Below, in pieces: positions 17,289 through 26,038 of a DNA stretch of 41,074 nucleotides. Position numbers and translations under genes: made by a program. Below the pieces are notes generated by a model, which saw only the letters and a list, made by a program, of their open reading frames with translations, was not told the origin of the DNA and made no database searches. The DNA is from Candidatus Staskawiczbacteria bacterium (GTDB lineage Bacteria; Patescibacteriota; Minisyncoccia; Minisyncoccales; Staskawiczbacteraceae), in the NCBI GenBank assembly GCA_903854535.1, contig CAINWR010000027.1:1-41074 (forward strand). Direction: 5' to 3'. Position 1 is the first letter of the stretch. The number at the start of each line of letters is the position of its first letter.

Positions 17289-18557
17289 ATGAAAGCAGAA
17301 GTAAAAAAGTTGCCAAAAAGCCAACTAGAAATAACCTTTGAAGTAACAGCTGAAGAATTTAAAGAACATACAGAACATGCTTTAGAGCATTTAAAGGCTC
17401 ATGTTAAAGTAGATGGATTTCGCCAAGGAAACGTGCCTTTAAAAATTGTTGAAGAAAAAGTGGGAGCTGAAAATTTGCTTATGGAAGCAGGGGATCATGC
17501 AGTAAAGCATGTTTATTATGATTATATTGCGCAAAATAAATTGGAAGTAATTGGTGAGCCAGAAGTATCTATTGTGAAAATTGCAAAGGGAAGTGAATTT
17601 ATTTTTAAAGCAAAAATTACAGTTTTGCCAGAAGTGGAATTGCCAGATTATAAAGAAATTGCTAGCAAAGTAAAAAGTAAAGATATAGAAGTCACAGAAA
17701 AAGAAATGCAAGAATCTATAAATTACTTACAAAAAACCAGAGCCAAATTTTCACAGCAAGATAAATTGGCTGAGAAGGGTGATTTTGTAGATGTAGAATA
17801 CTCGGCTGTAGAAATTAATGAGGGCAAGGTTGTAAAAGACAAGTTTATTTTGGGTGAAGGTGGAATGGTAAAAAGTTTTGAAGAAAATGTGGTTGGCATG
17901 AAAGCTGGAGAAGAAAAAGAATTTCCAGTTGATTTTCCAGAAAATACTACACGCAAAGATTTAGCTGGTAAGAAAATTAATTTCAAAGTAAGAATGATTT
18001 CTGTGCAAAAAATGGAATTACCAGAAATAAATGATGAATTTGCCAAGAGTCTTGGTGCTTTTGATACATTGGTAGCTTTTAAAGAAGAAATTAAAAAAAA
18101 TATCCATATAGAAAAAACAGAAGAAGAAAAGCAAAGAAAGAGAGGAGAAATTTTAGAAAAAATTGTAGAAAAAGCAAAAGTAGAACTTCCAGAGAAATTA
18201 GTGGGGTATGAGAAAGAGAGATTGTTTGAAGATATGAAACAGCAAATTGCTCAAAATTTCAAAATAACATTTGAAGAGTATTTAGCTTCTGTGAAAAAAA
18301 CAGAACAAGAAATTAAAGACACATTTGCCTTGCAAGCAGAAAAAAGGTTGAAAAGCTTTTTGGTTTTAAAAGAAATTGGAAAAAAAGAGAGTATAATTGT
18401 TGATGAAAAAGAATTAGAAGAAGAGATGAAAAAAGCTATGGCAATGTACACAAAAGAGCAGTTGACTAATATTGACTCAGAGCAGTTAAAGGAATATACT
18501 AAAGGTGTAGTTTATAATGAAAAAGTTTTCCAAATTTTGGAAAATCTTTCAAAGTAA
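17289..18557 (+). CDS. tig: Trigger factor
   Basis: VDGFRQGNVP ribosome-binding motif, FKBP-like middle domain, upstream of clpP. Confidence 0.95.
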   Translation: MKAEVKKLPKSQLEITFEVTAEEFKEHTEHALEHLKAHVKVDGFRQGNVPLKIVEEKVGAENLLMEAGDHAVKHVYYDYIAQNKLEVIGEPEVSIVKIAKGSEFIFKAKITVLPEVELPDYKEIASKVKSKDIEVTEKEMQESINYLQKTRAKFSQQDKLAEKGDFVDVEYSAVEINEGKVVKDKFILGEGGMVKSFEENVVGMKAGEEKEFPVDFPENTTRKDLAGKKINFKVRMISVQKMELPEINDEFAKSLGAFDTLVAFKEEIKKNIHIEKTEEEKQRKRGEILEKIVEKAKVELPEKLVGYEKERLFEDMKQQIAQNFKITFEEYLASVKKTEQEIKDTFALQAEKRLKSFLVLKEIGKKESIIVDEKELEEEMKKAMAMYTKEQLTNIDSEQLKEYTKGVVYNEKVFQILENLSK

Positions 18558-18582
18558 AAATTGTTATTAAATTTAAAAAAAT

Positions 18583-18798
18583 ATGGCAAAAAAAATAACA
18601 TTAGATAATTTAGCCATAATGATCGGAAAAGGCTTTGCTGGCGTAGATAAAAAATTTGAAGTTGTGAATAAAAGATTTGATGATATGGATAAACGATTTG
18701 ACAGAATAGAAAATATTTTGATTAAACAACAAAATGAAAGAATAGAAAAATTGGAAACAAGAATGCATCGGCTCGAAGAGGCATTAGTTATAAAGTAA
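18583..18798 (+). CDS. Small coiled-coil protein with heptad repeats
   Basis: VDKKFEV-VNKRFDD-MDKRFDR repeats; followed by hairpin aaaactggca/tgccagtttt. Confidence 0.7.
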   Translation: MAKKITLDNLAIMIGKGFAGVDKKFEVVNKRFDDMDKRFDRIENILIKQQNERIEKLETRMHRLEEALVIK

Positions 18799-18894
18799 AA
18801 ATCACAAAACTGGCAGAAGTGCCAGTTTTTGTTTGCAAAAAATATTCGAAAAAAATTTGACTTTGGGTGCGTAAAAGAGTATGATATAAATAAC

Positions 18895-18956
18895 AATTAT
18901 CAAGTATCAATTATCAAGCATCAAGTTTGAAAATTGAGATTTGAAAATTGAAAATT
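18895..18956. repeat. Pair of inverted heptamer arrays in the clpP leader
   Basis: aattatc aagtatc aattatc aagcatc ... tgaaaat tgagatt tgaaaat tgaaaat. Confidence 0.65.
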
Positions 18957-18963
18957 AGTTAAA

Positions 18964-19545
18964 ATGCCGATAGTACCAACTATTGTAGAAAAATCACAGC
19001 GCGGTGAGCGCGCATACGATATATTTTCAAGGCTTTTAGAAGAGCGCATAATTTTTTTGGCGGGTCCCGTAACAGATATGAATGCTAATGTAGTAATAGC
19101 TCAAATGCTTTACTTGGCTTCAAAGGACTCCAAAAAAGATATTAAGCTCTATATCAATAGCCCTGGTGGTTCAGTTACAGCAGGTTTGGCAATTTATGAT
19201 ACAATGCAGTTTTTAAAGTGCCCAGTTTCCACTATCTGCGTAGGGCTTACAGCTTCTATGGCAGCAGTTATTTTATCAGCAGGCACCAAAGGCAAGAGAT
19301 TTGCTTTGCCTAATGCTGAAATTTTGCTTCATCAAGTAGCTGGGGGAGCCCAAGGACAGGCAGCAGATATCGAAATAACAGCTCGTCAAATTATCAAGAT
19401 GAAAGAAAAGCTAAATCAAATTTTGGTAAAACATACAGGGCAAAAGTTTGATAAAGTAGTTACAGATACTGATAGAGATTTTTATTTGACAGCAGAAGAA
19501 GCAAAAGAATATGGGCTTATTGATGAAGTGATAGGTGGAAAATAA
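18964..19545 (+). CDS. clpP: ATP-dependent Clp protease proteolytic subunit
   Basis: [36 protein letters not shown]. Confidence 0.97.
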   Translation: MPIVPTIVEKSQRGERAYDIFSRLLEERIIFLAGPVTDMNANVVIAQMLYLASKDSKKDIKLYINSPGGSVTAGLAIYDTMQFLKCPVSTICVGLTASMAAVILSAGTKGKRFALPNAEILLHQVAGGAQGQAADIEITARQIIKMKEKLNQILVKHTGQKFDKVVTDTDRDFYLTAEEAKEYGLIDEVIGGK

Positions 19546-19562
19546 AGCCGACTATTAAACTC

Positions 19563-19644
19563 GGCAACAAACTTTTTTCCGTTGCTGGTAACCCCCTTTG
19601 CCTCTACGGGCAAGTGGGCCAGGGACTACAAAAAGTTTATTGCC
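19563..19644 (-). ncRNA. Candidate rod-like structured RNA
   Basis: 15-bp closing stem ggcaataaacttttt/aaaaagtttgttgcc (one G-U on - strand), inner ctgg/ccag, ccc/ggg, ttgcc/ggcaa. Confidence 0.4.
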
Positions 19645-19771
19645 TCGTTCCAAAATATATCGTATAAAAATGCTCACCCGCGCAAGCGAGTTTTTTTGTA
19701 AAAAAAAGAACCCGATAAGTATCATGACTCTCGGGTTGACGAAGAAATTCTTCGACCATCCTCGCATTTTA

Positions 19772-20017
19772 TTAAGCGAGGATTTCAATCACGGCAGGTT
19801 CTCCGGCGATACTGTGCTGCCAATTCATGTTGCCGGTAGCAAAATCAGACGCTGGCAGCCATGCATCATAGCCACACCTTCCTTTAATAAGTAGGTGGTG
19901 TTGCCCTTGTTCAGAAAAACATCTGAATACCTCTCCTTCGATGGGATCGTAGATTCCAGATTTAGTGCTGATGCGAACCTTGACTCCTTTGACTAGCTGA
20001 TCTGGGTACGGATTCAT
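19772..20017 (-). CDS. Hypothetical protein (GC-richer ORFan)
   Basis: 81 aa; AAGGAAGG upstream; aacccga/tcgggtt + U-tract terminator at 19700-19737. Confidence 0.6.
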   Translation of the reverse strand: MNPYPDQLVKGVKVRISTKSGIYDPIEGEVFRCFSEQGQHHLLIKGRCGYDAWLPASDFATGNMNWQHSIAGEPAVIEILA

Positions 20018-20119
20018 TAAGCCTTCCTTTCATATTTTATGCTGTAAGAGGGGGGGAGAATATTTAAAATATAAACTAAAATTATATAAAAAGCAAGTAA
20101 AATTATTAAAATTAAATTT

Positions 20120-21652
20120 ATGGAACAAAATATTGTATATATAATTATTGGGGCTTTGGCTTTGATAATTGGTGTAATTATTGGTTATTATATTCGTCAA
20201 TCAATAGCTAAAAAAAGAGCAGGTACACTTGAAGCTAAGCTTGAAAAAAGAGTAGCTCAAGTAAAAGAGGAAACATCAGCTTTGGTGAAAAATGCTGAGA
20301 AAAAAGCTTTTGAAATTACAGAGAAAGCTGAAAAAGAAATTGATCAAAGAAGAAAGGAGTTTTTAAGATCACAAGAGATTTTGCTTTCTAGAGAAAAATT
20401 ATTAGAAGATAAAATTTCTAATTTTGAAGCAAAAGAAAATGAGCTTAAAGATAAGGTAGAAAAAGTAAGAGCTATTAAAGAGAGTTTAGATGGTTTAAGA
20501 AAAGAAGCAGAAGTAAAATTAGAAAAAGTCGCCAATCTTTCAAGAGATGATGCAAAAAAGGAATTATTAGCTTTAGTTGAGATAGAGTCTGAAAAAGAAA
20601 TTATAGAAAAAATGAAAAAAATGGAAGAAAGAGGCAAAGAAAGATTAGATGCTAGAGCAAAAGAAATAGTAACTTTAGCTATTCAAAAGTGTGCTGTAAA
20701 TCATACTCAAGAATTATCTACTACAACATTTATGTTGGCTTCAGAAGATCTTAAAGGTAGGATTATAGGTAAAGAGGGTAGGAATATTAAAACTTTTGAG
20801 AAACTAACTGGAGTAGAATTAATAGTAGATGAAACTCCAGATTCAATAGTGATTTCATGTTTTAATCCTATAAGAAGGCAAATTGCTAAATTGGCTTTAG
20901 ATAAATTAGTTCAAGATGGTAGAATTCAACCAGCAAAGATTGAAGAGAAAATTGAAGAAGCAAAAACAGAAATATCAAACACAATCAAAGAAGCTGGTGA
21001 AAAAGCAGTTTATGATACAGGCATAATTGGTATGCATGATAAATTAATTCAAATTTTAGGTAGATTGTATTATAGGACATCTTATGGGCAGAACGTTCTT
21101 CTTCATTCTATAGAGATGGCATTTTTAGCAGAAACTATTGCAGAAGAATTAGGAGCTAATAGTCAAATTGCAAAAAGAGCTGCGCTTTTGCATGATATTG
21201 GAAAAGCTATAGATCAGCAAATGCAAGGTTCTCATATTGAAATTGGAATTAAGATTTTAGAGAAATTTGGTGAGAAACAAGAGATTATTAATGCGATGAG
21301 AGCTCACCATGATGATTACCCAGCAGATACTTTAGAAGCTGTAATTGTAAAAGTAGCTGATGCTATTTCTGGAGCAAGACCCGGAGCTAGGAAAGACACA
21401 ATAGAAAATTATTTGCAGAGATTAAAGAATCTTGAAGATATTGCCAATAGATTTGATGGGGTTGATCGTACTTATGCTATACAGGCTGGTAGAGAAATAA
21501 GAGTGTTTGTAAAAGCAGATAAGGTAGATGATTTACAATCTCAGAAAATGGCCCGCCAAATTGCAGAAAATATTGAAGAAGAGTTGCAATATCCGGGTGA
21601 AATCAAAGTCACAGTAATTCGCGAAACTCGCGTTGTAGAGTTTGCTAGATAA
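20120..21652 (+). CDS. rny: Ribonuclease Y
   Basis: N-terminal TM, coiled coil, KH motif KGRIIGKEGRNI, HD motif LLHDIGK, ADAISGARPGAR. Confidence 0.97.
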   Translation: MEQNIVYIIIGALALIIGVIIGYYIRQSIAKKRAGTLEAKLEKRVAQVKEETSALVKNAEKKAFEITEKAEKEIDQRRKEFLRSQEILLSREKLLEDKISNFEAKENELKDKVEKVRAIKESLDGLRKEAEVKLEKVANLSRDDAKKELLALVEIESEKEIIEKMKKMEERGKERLDARAKEIVTLAIQKCAVNHTQELSTTTFMLASEDLKGRIIGKEGRNIKTFEKLTGVELIVDETPDSIVISCFNPIRRQIAKLALDKLVQDGRIQPAKIEEKIEEAKTEISNTIKEAGEKAVYDTGIIGMHDKLIQILGRLYYRTSYGQNVLLHSIEMAFLAETIAEELGANSQIAKRAALLHDIGKAIDQQMQGSHIEIGIKILEKFGEKQEIINAMRAHHDDYPADTLEAVIVKVADAISGARPGARKDTIENYLQRLKNLEDIANRFDGVDRTYAIQAGREIRVFVKADKVDDLQSQKMARQIAENIEEELQYPGEIKVTVIRETRVVEFAR

Positions 21653-21658
21653 TATAAG

Positions 21659-21703
21659 AACAAAAAAGTGGTGAGCGCTCCGACTGCTCACCACTTTTTG
21701 TTT
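21659..21703. terminator. Bidirectional intrinsic terminator
   Basis: aaaaagtggtgagc...gctcaccacttttt between convergent genes. Confidence 0.85.
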
Positions 21704-21729
21704 GCTAGTTATTAGTTACTAATTATGAA

Positions 21730-22989
21730 TTACTCGTAGCGAAGAGCTTCTATAGGGTCGAGTTTTGAGGCGCTTCGAGCTGGCAATACTCCAAAGCCAA
21801 TTCCAATTATAGCAGAAACTCCTACGCCAAGTATGATTGAATAAAATGGTACTTTATATGCCCATTCTAAGCCACTTGAAACTGCAATCAAAGAAATAAC
21901 CCAACCTCCAAAAGCACCTAAAATAATTCCCAAAATTCCTCCAATAATTGTAACCAAAACAGATTCAACTAAAAATTCTGTTAAAATATCTTTGTTTTTA
22001 GCTCCCAATGCTTTTTTGAGTCCAATTTCAGAAGTTCTTTCTGTAACTACTACATACATAATATTCATAATTCCCACCCCACCAACTATTAAAGAAATGC
22101 TTGCAATGCAAATCAACAAAATTGTAATTCCTGAAAAAATTGTATTGAAAGTGTCCATTGCTTGAGCTTGAGTGGTAACTGTAAAATCATCTTTAACTGG
22201 ATCTGTTATATTATGATTTTTGCGTAAAATTGTTTTTATTTCTTCTGATGTTGCTTCCCCTAAATTAGAATCTTTCAATTGAACTATGCCTACCAATAGA
22301 TGATCAATGCCAAGTAATTTTTTTTGAGCTGTTTGGAGGGGGATATATAATATATCATCTGCTCCAGCTCCACCAAAATTACCTTGCTCATCGTAAACTC
22401 CTATTACTTGAAAGTTTAAATTTCCTACTTTAATTAATTTACCCAAAGGATCATCTTGTCCAAATAAATCATTGGCAATATTATATCCCAAAATTACAAC
22501 TTGAGAAGCTCCCATATCTTCTGCTTGCGTAAAAAATCTGCCAGATTTTAAAGTATTTTTATCAATTTCAAATCTTTTGTAAGAAGATCCATAATAAATT
22601 ACACTTTTTGCATTATCTCTATAACTTGCTACTGCAAGTCCTGTAACAATGCCATAAGATGCTTTTACATTTCCTAATCTTTCAATATCAGTAAGATCTT
22701 TTTGTTTAAAAGTGGTAATTGCTACAGCAGAACTAGCTCTACTAAAATCTGCTGATGTGGCATTGTTTGATGCTCTATTTTTAGTGGTAGGAGGAACTCT
22801 TGTTTCTACAAAAAGTGTGTCTGTGCCATAAGCTTGAAGTTGAGCATCAATCAAGCTACGAAAACCAGCTCCTGCAGAAAGTACCAAAATAACTGTGGCA
22901 ATTCCAATTACAATTCCCAAAGTCGTCAAAATAGTCCTAACTGGGTTAGCTTTTAAAACTTTGATAGATTGTTGTAATGCTTTAAACAT
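21730..22989 (-). CDS. MacB/FtsX-family ABC permease
   Basis: LTTLGIVIG, GGVGIMNIM..VTERTSEIGLKKALGA, LDPIEALRYE. Confidence 0.92.
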   Translation of the reverse strand: MFKALQQSIKVLKANPVRTILTTLGIVIGIATVILVLSAGAGFRSLIDAQLQAYGTDTLFVETRVPPTTKNRASNNATSADFSRASSAVAITTFKQKDLTDIERLGNVKASYGIVTGLAVASYRDNAKSVIYYGSSYKRFEIDKNTLKSGRFFTQAEDMGASQVVILGYNIANDLFGQDDPLGKLIKVGNLNFQVIGVYDEQGNFGGAGADDILYIPLQTAQKKLLGIDHLLVGIVQLKDSNLGEATSEEIKTILRKNHNITDPVKDDFTVTTQAQAMDTFNTIFSGITILLICIASISLIVGGVGIMNIMYVVVTERTSEIGLKKALGAKNKDILTEFLVESVLVTIIGGILGIILGAFGGWVISLIAVSSGLEWAYKVPFYSIILGVGVSAIIGIGFGVLPARSASKLDPIEALRYE

Positions 22990-22995
22990 AATATT

Positions 22996-23032
22996 AGTTA
23001 TAAAGTTATCAAGTTATAAAGTTTATAAAGTT
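22996..23032. repeat. Octamer array (GTTATAAA)n, left boundary of four-helix-bundle cassette
   Basis: gttataaa gttatcaa gttataaa gtttataaa gtt. Confidence 0.75.
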
Positions 23033-23045
23033 CTACGATGACGAG

Positions 23046-23390
23046 TTATAAAGTCTTGATGAAGCCGGAAAGTAATCGGCCGATTTCTGTGCAACGATTT
23101 TGTAGGTCGTCGAATTGTTTTTGATTTATGTAATTTAATTTTAAAGCCAAATTCAACATTGACCTTACTTCGCCAGCCGATCCTTTGGCAATATAAAGAA
23201 AGTTGGTTAACTCTTTATTGCTACGCCTTTCAAAACCTTCTGCAATGTTGTTGGAAATACTTACAGCCGCTCTTTGAATTTGATCTTTGAACCCATAATC
23301 ACGGTTATTTCTAAAAATATCATAAACAATTACTGATAATTCTGTTCCTTTCTGCCAAGAAATAATGTCTTCAAACCTTTCTATTTTCAT
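23046..23390 (-). CDS. Four helix bundle protein (23S rRNA IVS-protein family)
   Basis: FEDIISWQK, DQIQRAAVSISNNIAEGFER, FLYIAKGSAGEVRS. Confidence 0.92.
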   Translation of the reverse strand: MKIERFEDIISWQKGTELSVIVYDIFRNNRDYGFKDQIQRAAVSISNNIAEGFERRSNKELTNFLYIAKGSAGEVRSMLNLALKLNYINQKQFDDLQNRCTEIGRLLSGFIKTL

Positions 23391-23407
23391 GAAATAAAGT
23401 TTTCAAG

Positions 23408-23914
23408 TTATAGTTTATTAAAATATTTATCAAATGTTTCTTGTGGCGTTTCATTGCTATTATCAATATAATTTTCTTCACCAATGAAATTTTTTGATTC
23501 TTCAAAATCTTTGTAAAGTCTTTTAACGGACTCGTCCCCAGAAGTCCAACACTCTCTTTTTTTATCTCGTTCAATTGTGGTTTCAACTGAAGGCTGTATA
23601 ACCTTAAATATTAAATTTTTTCCAAAAAGTTTCTTAAATTTATTAATGTAATCTTCTCCTAAAATTACATAGTCAACTACCACACACTCTTTCTTGTTAA
23701 ACATTTCTTTTATCCTTTTTAATAGCTCATTTTTTACAATCTCTAATTTTTCAGGGTACAAAATAATATTCTCTAAACCTGGAAAAAGTTCTTTTTTAGT
23801 TTCGTCACCAGAAATATATTTATATCCAAATTTTTCCGCAACTAATTTGCAGAGGGTTGTTTTTCCCACTCCAGTAGGTCCTGTAATTATTAATACAAAA
23901 TTATTATCTGACAT
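23408..23914 (-). CDS. P-loop nucleoside/nucleotide-kinase-like protein
   Basis: IITGPTGVGKTT, VVVD, ERDKKR lid, IDNSNETPQET. Confidence 0.8.
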   Translation of the reverse strand: MSDNNFVLIITGPTGVGKTTLCKLVAEKFGYKYISGDETKKELFPGLENIILYPEKLEIVKNELLKRIKEMFNKKECVVVDYVILGEDYINKFKKLFGKNLIFKVIQPSVETTIERDKKRECWTSGDESVKRLYKDFEESKNFIGEENYIDNSNETPQETFDKYFNKL

Positions 23915-23936
23915 AAAATATTTTTTTAATCTTCGT

Positions 23937-23972
23937 ACTTTATAACTTTATGAACTTTACAACTTTATAACT
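23937..23972. repeat. Octamer array (ACTTTATA)n, inverted relative to 22996-23032
   Basis: actttata actttatga actttaca actttata act. Confidence 0.75.
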
Positions 23973-23975
23973 ACA

Positions 23976-25247
23976 CTATTCGTATCTTAATGCATCTATT
24001 GGATTTAGACTACTAGCTTTAAGGGCGGGGTACAATCCAAAAATTACGCCTGTTAAAATTGAAACTCCGATTGCCAATAAAACAGAATTAATTGAAACCA
24101 CAAACGCCCAATCATATCCTAAATATTCCATAAGCAAAGAAATTAGCCAAGAAATAATTATGCCAATAATAATTCCTACAATTCCACCAAGAAAGGTAAG
24201 TGTGCCAGCTTCTAGTAAAAATTGACGCATAATTGCCATATTGCTAGCCCCAACTGCTTTTCTTAAGCCAATTTCACGAGTTCTTTCTGCTACAGTAGCT
24301 AACATTATATTTAAAATTCCAATACCTCCAACTACCAGAGAAATTCCTGCCATTGCGGTTAAAAATAATCTTAAAGCATCTGTAATTGTGCTTAAGATTT
24401 CTAAAGCATCAGCAATATTTCTTACTGTAAAATCAATATCAGAATCTTTGAGTATCCTGTGGCGTTGTTTTAAAAGGCGAGTAGTATCATCTATTGTTTG
24501 TTGCACATTTTCTGAAAAATCTACTTTTATGTTTATTGCTTGTAAATAATTGATTCCCAAAATTTGTTTTTGTCCAATTGGTAAAGGAATAAAAATCATA
24601 TCATCATTATCTTGAAAGAATGCAGACCCTCTTGGAACTATTGTGCCTATTACGCGCAAAGGTATTCCGCCAGCTTCTTTTTGAGAAGTACTTTTTACTT
24701 TTATAACTTGTCCAATAGGATCTATTCCAGATTGACCAAATAATTGCTCTGCAACATATGATCCTAAAACAACTACATTTGATCCGCCCGAACTTTCTTC
24801 TTCAGTAAAAAATCTGCCTGCTTGCATATCAAAAGCAGTTACTTGAGGTAAGTAAGAATCTGTTCCCATAAAACTAGTATCTAGTGTTTTATTGGTCCAT
24901 GTAACTGAAGCCTGTCCTCTCACCAAAGAATTTACAGCTTTTGCATGTGGTACTTCATTGCCATCTCTTATATCTTGAGCATCTCCATCTGTGAGAGTTG
25001 TAATTACAATTCCAAAAACTTGAGCTGGTGGGCCTTTCTCATTGCTTTTCCCTGGTTGCACAGAAAGTAAATCAGATCCTAGTTTTGTGATTTGTCCTAA
25101 AATTAAACTTTGTGCTCCTGCCCCCAAAGCAATAATTATAATTACTCCAGCTACTCCAATTACAATTCCAAGTATAGTTAAAAATGACCTGCCCTTCCTA
25201 GCAAGTAAAGTACGAATTACTAATTTTATTGTTCCCAAAAAATCCAT
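23976..25247 (-). CDS. MacB/FtsX-family ABC permease
   Basis: RSFLTILGIVIGV, GGIGILNIM..VAERTREIGLRKAVGA, LNPIDALRYE. Confidence 0.92.
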   Translation of the reverse strand: MDFLGTIKLVIRTLLARKGRSFLTILGIVIGVAGVIIIIALGAGAQSLILGQITKLGSDLLSVQPGKSNEKGPPAQVFGIVITTLTDGDAQDIRDGNEVPHAKAVNSLVRGQASVTWTNKTLDTSFMGTDSYLPQVTAFDMQAGRFFTEEESSGGSNVVVLGSYVAEQLFGQSGIDPIGQVIKVKSTSQKEAGGIPLRVIGTIVPRGSAFFQDNDDMIFIPLPIGQKQILGINYLQAINIKVDFSENVQQTIDDTTRLLKQRHRILKDSDIDFTVRNIADALEILSTITDALRLFLTAMAGISLVVGGIGILNIMLATVAERTREIGLRKAVGASNMAIMRQFLLEAGTLTFLGGIVGIIIGIIISWLISLLMEYLGYDWAFVVSINSVLLAIGVSILTGVIFGLYPALKASSLNPIDALRYE

Positions 25248-25251
25248 GAGT

Positions 25252-25320
25252 TAGTTTGTAGTTTGTAGTTTGTAGTTTGTAGTTTTTTATTCTGCCAACT
25301 ACTCACTACTAACTACTCAC
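25252..25320. repeat. Heptamer array (TAGTTTG)x4-5 followed by an inverted (AACTACT)-type array
   Basis: tagtttg x4 + tagtttt, then aactact cactact aactact. Confidence 0.75.
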
Positions 25321-26033
25321 TTGACGAGGTCTTTATCTGCTGTGGCTATTGTGCGATTTTTGACTTTTTCGTCTGAAACTATCATTCCATCTTTTACGCG
25401 AATAATTCTTTTAGCGTGGTTTGCAGTATCTGTTTCGTGAGTTACTAAAATAATTGTTTTACCCTCATCATTTAGTTTTTGTAAAATATTCATTACGGTA
25501 TTTCCAGATTTAGAATCTAAGTTTCCTGTTGGTTCGTCAGCAAACAAAACAGCTGGTTCGTTTACAAGGGCGCGAGCAATAGCTACTCTTTGCTTTTCTC
25601 CACCAGAAATTTGATTAGTAAAATATTTTAATCTATGAGAAAGCCCCACAGAAGCCAAAGCCTTTTCTGCTAATTTATCATAGTCTTTCCGCCTACTATA
25701 TATAAGAGGCAATTTTACATTATCTAGCACAGTTGTACGAGCAAGTAAATTGAATGATTGGAATACAAAACCTATTTTTTCATTTCTTAACATTGCCAAA
25801 TAATTATCATCAAAATCTTTGGTGTCTTTGCCTTCAAATTCAAAAGTTCCAGAAGTAGCTCTGTCTAAAAAACTTAAAATATGCATTAAGGTTGATTTGC
25901 CACTTCCTGAAGGCCCCATAATTGCTACAAACTCACCTTCATTTATTTCAAAACTTACATCATGTAAAACATGAGTAATTACTTCATCATTTACATAATT
26001 TTTCTTTAAATTTTGTACTTTTATTAGTGTCAT
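25317..26033 (-). CDS. ABC transporter ATP-binding protein (LolD/MacB-like)
   Basis: GPSGSGKST, ISGGEKQRVAIARAL, FADEPTGNLD, VTHE. Confidence 0.95.
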   Translation of the reverse strand: MTLIKVQNLKKNYVNDEVITHVLHDVSFEINEGEFVAIMGPSGSGKSTLMHILSFLDRATSGTFEFEGKDTKDFDDNYLAMLRNEKIGFVFQSFNLLARTTVLDNVKLPLIYSRRKDYDKLAEKALASVGLSHRLKYFTNQISGGEKQRVAIARALVNEPAVLFADEPTGNLDSKSGNTVMNILQKLNDEGKTIILVTHETDTANHAKRIIRVKDGMIVSDEKVKNRTIATADKDLVK

Positions 26034-26038
26034 AATTA

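Noticed and set aside
18649-18712. 21-nt periodicity in the small coiled-coil gene as part of the heptamer system
   Set aside because: Explained by protein heptad repeats (KRFD); no 7-nt period.
19563-19644. SRP (4.5S) RNA
   Set aside because: Lacks the GNRA-capped helix with CAGG/AGCA internal loop on either strand.
19555-19894. ORFs 19555-19788 (-) and 19598-19894 (+)
   Set aside because: Cross terminator and hairpin structures and overlap the better-supported 19772-20017 gene.
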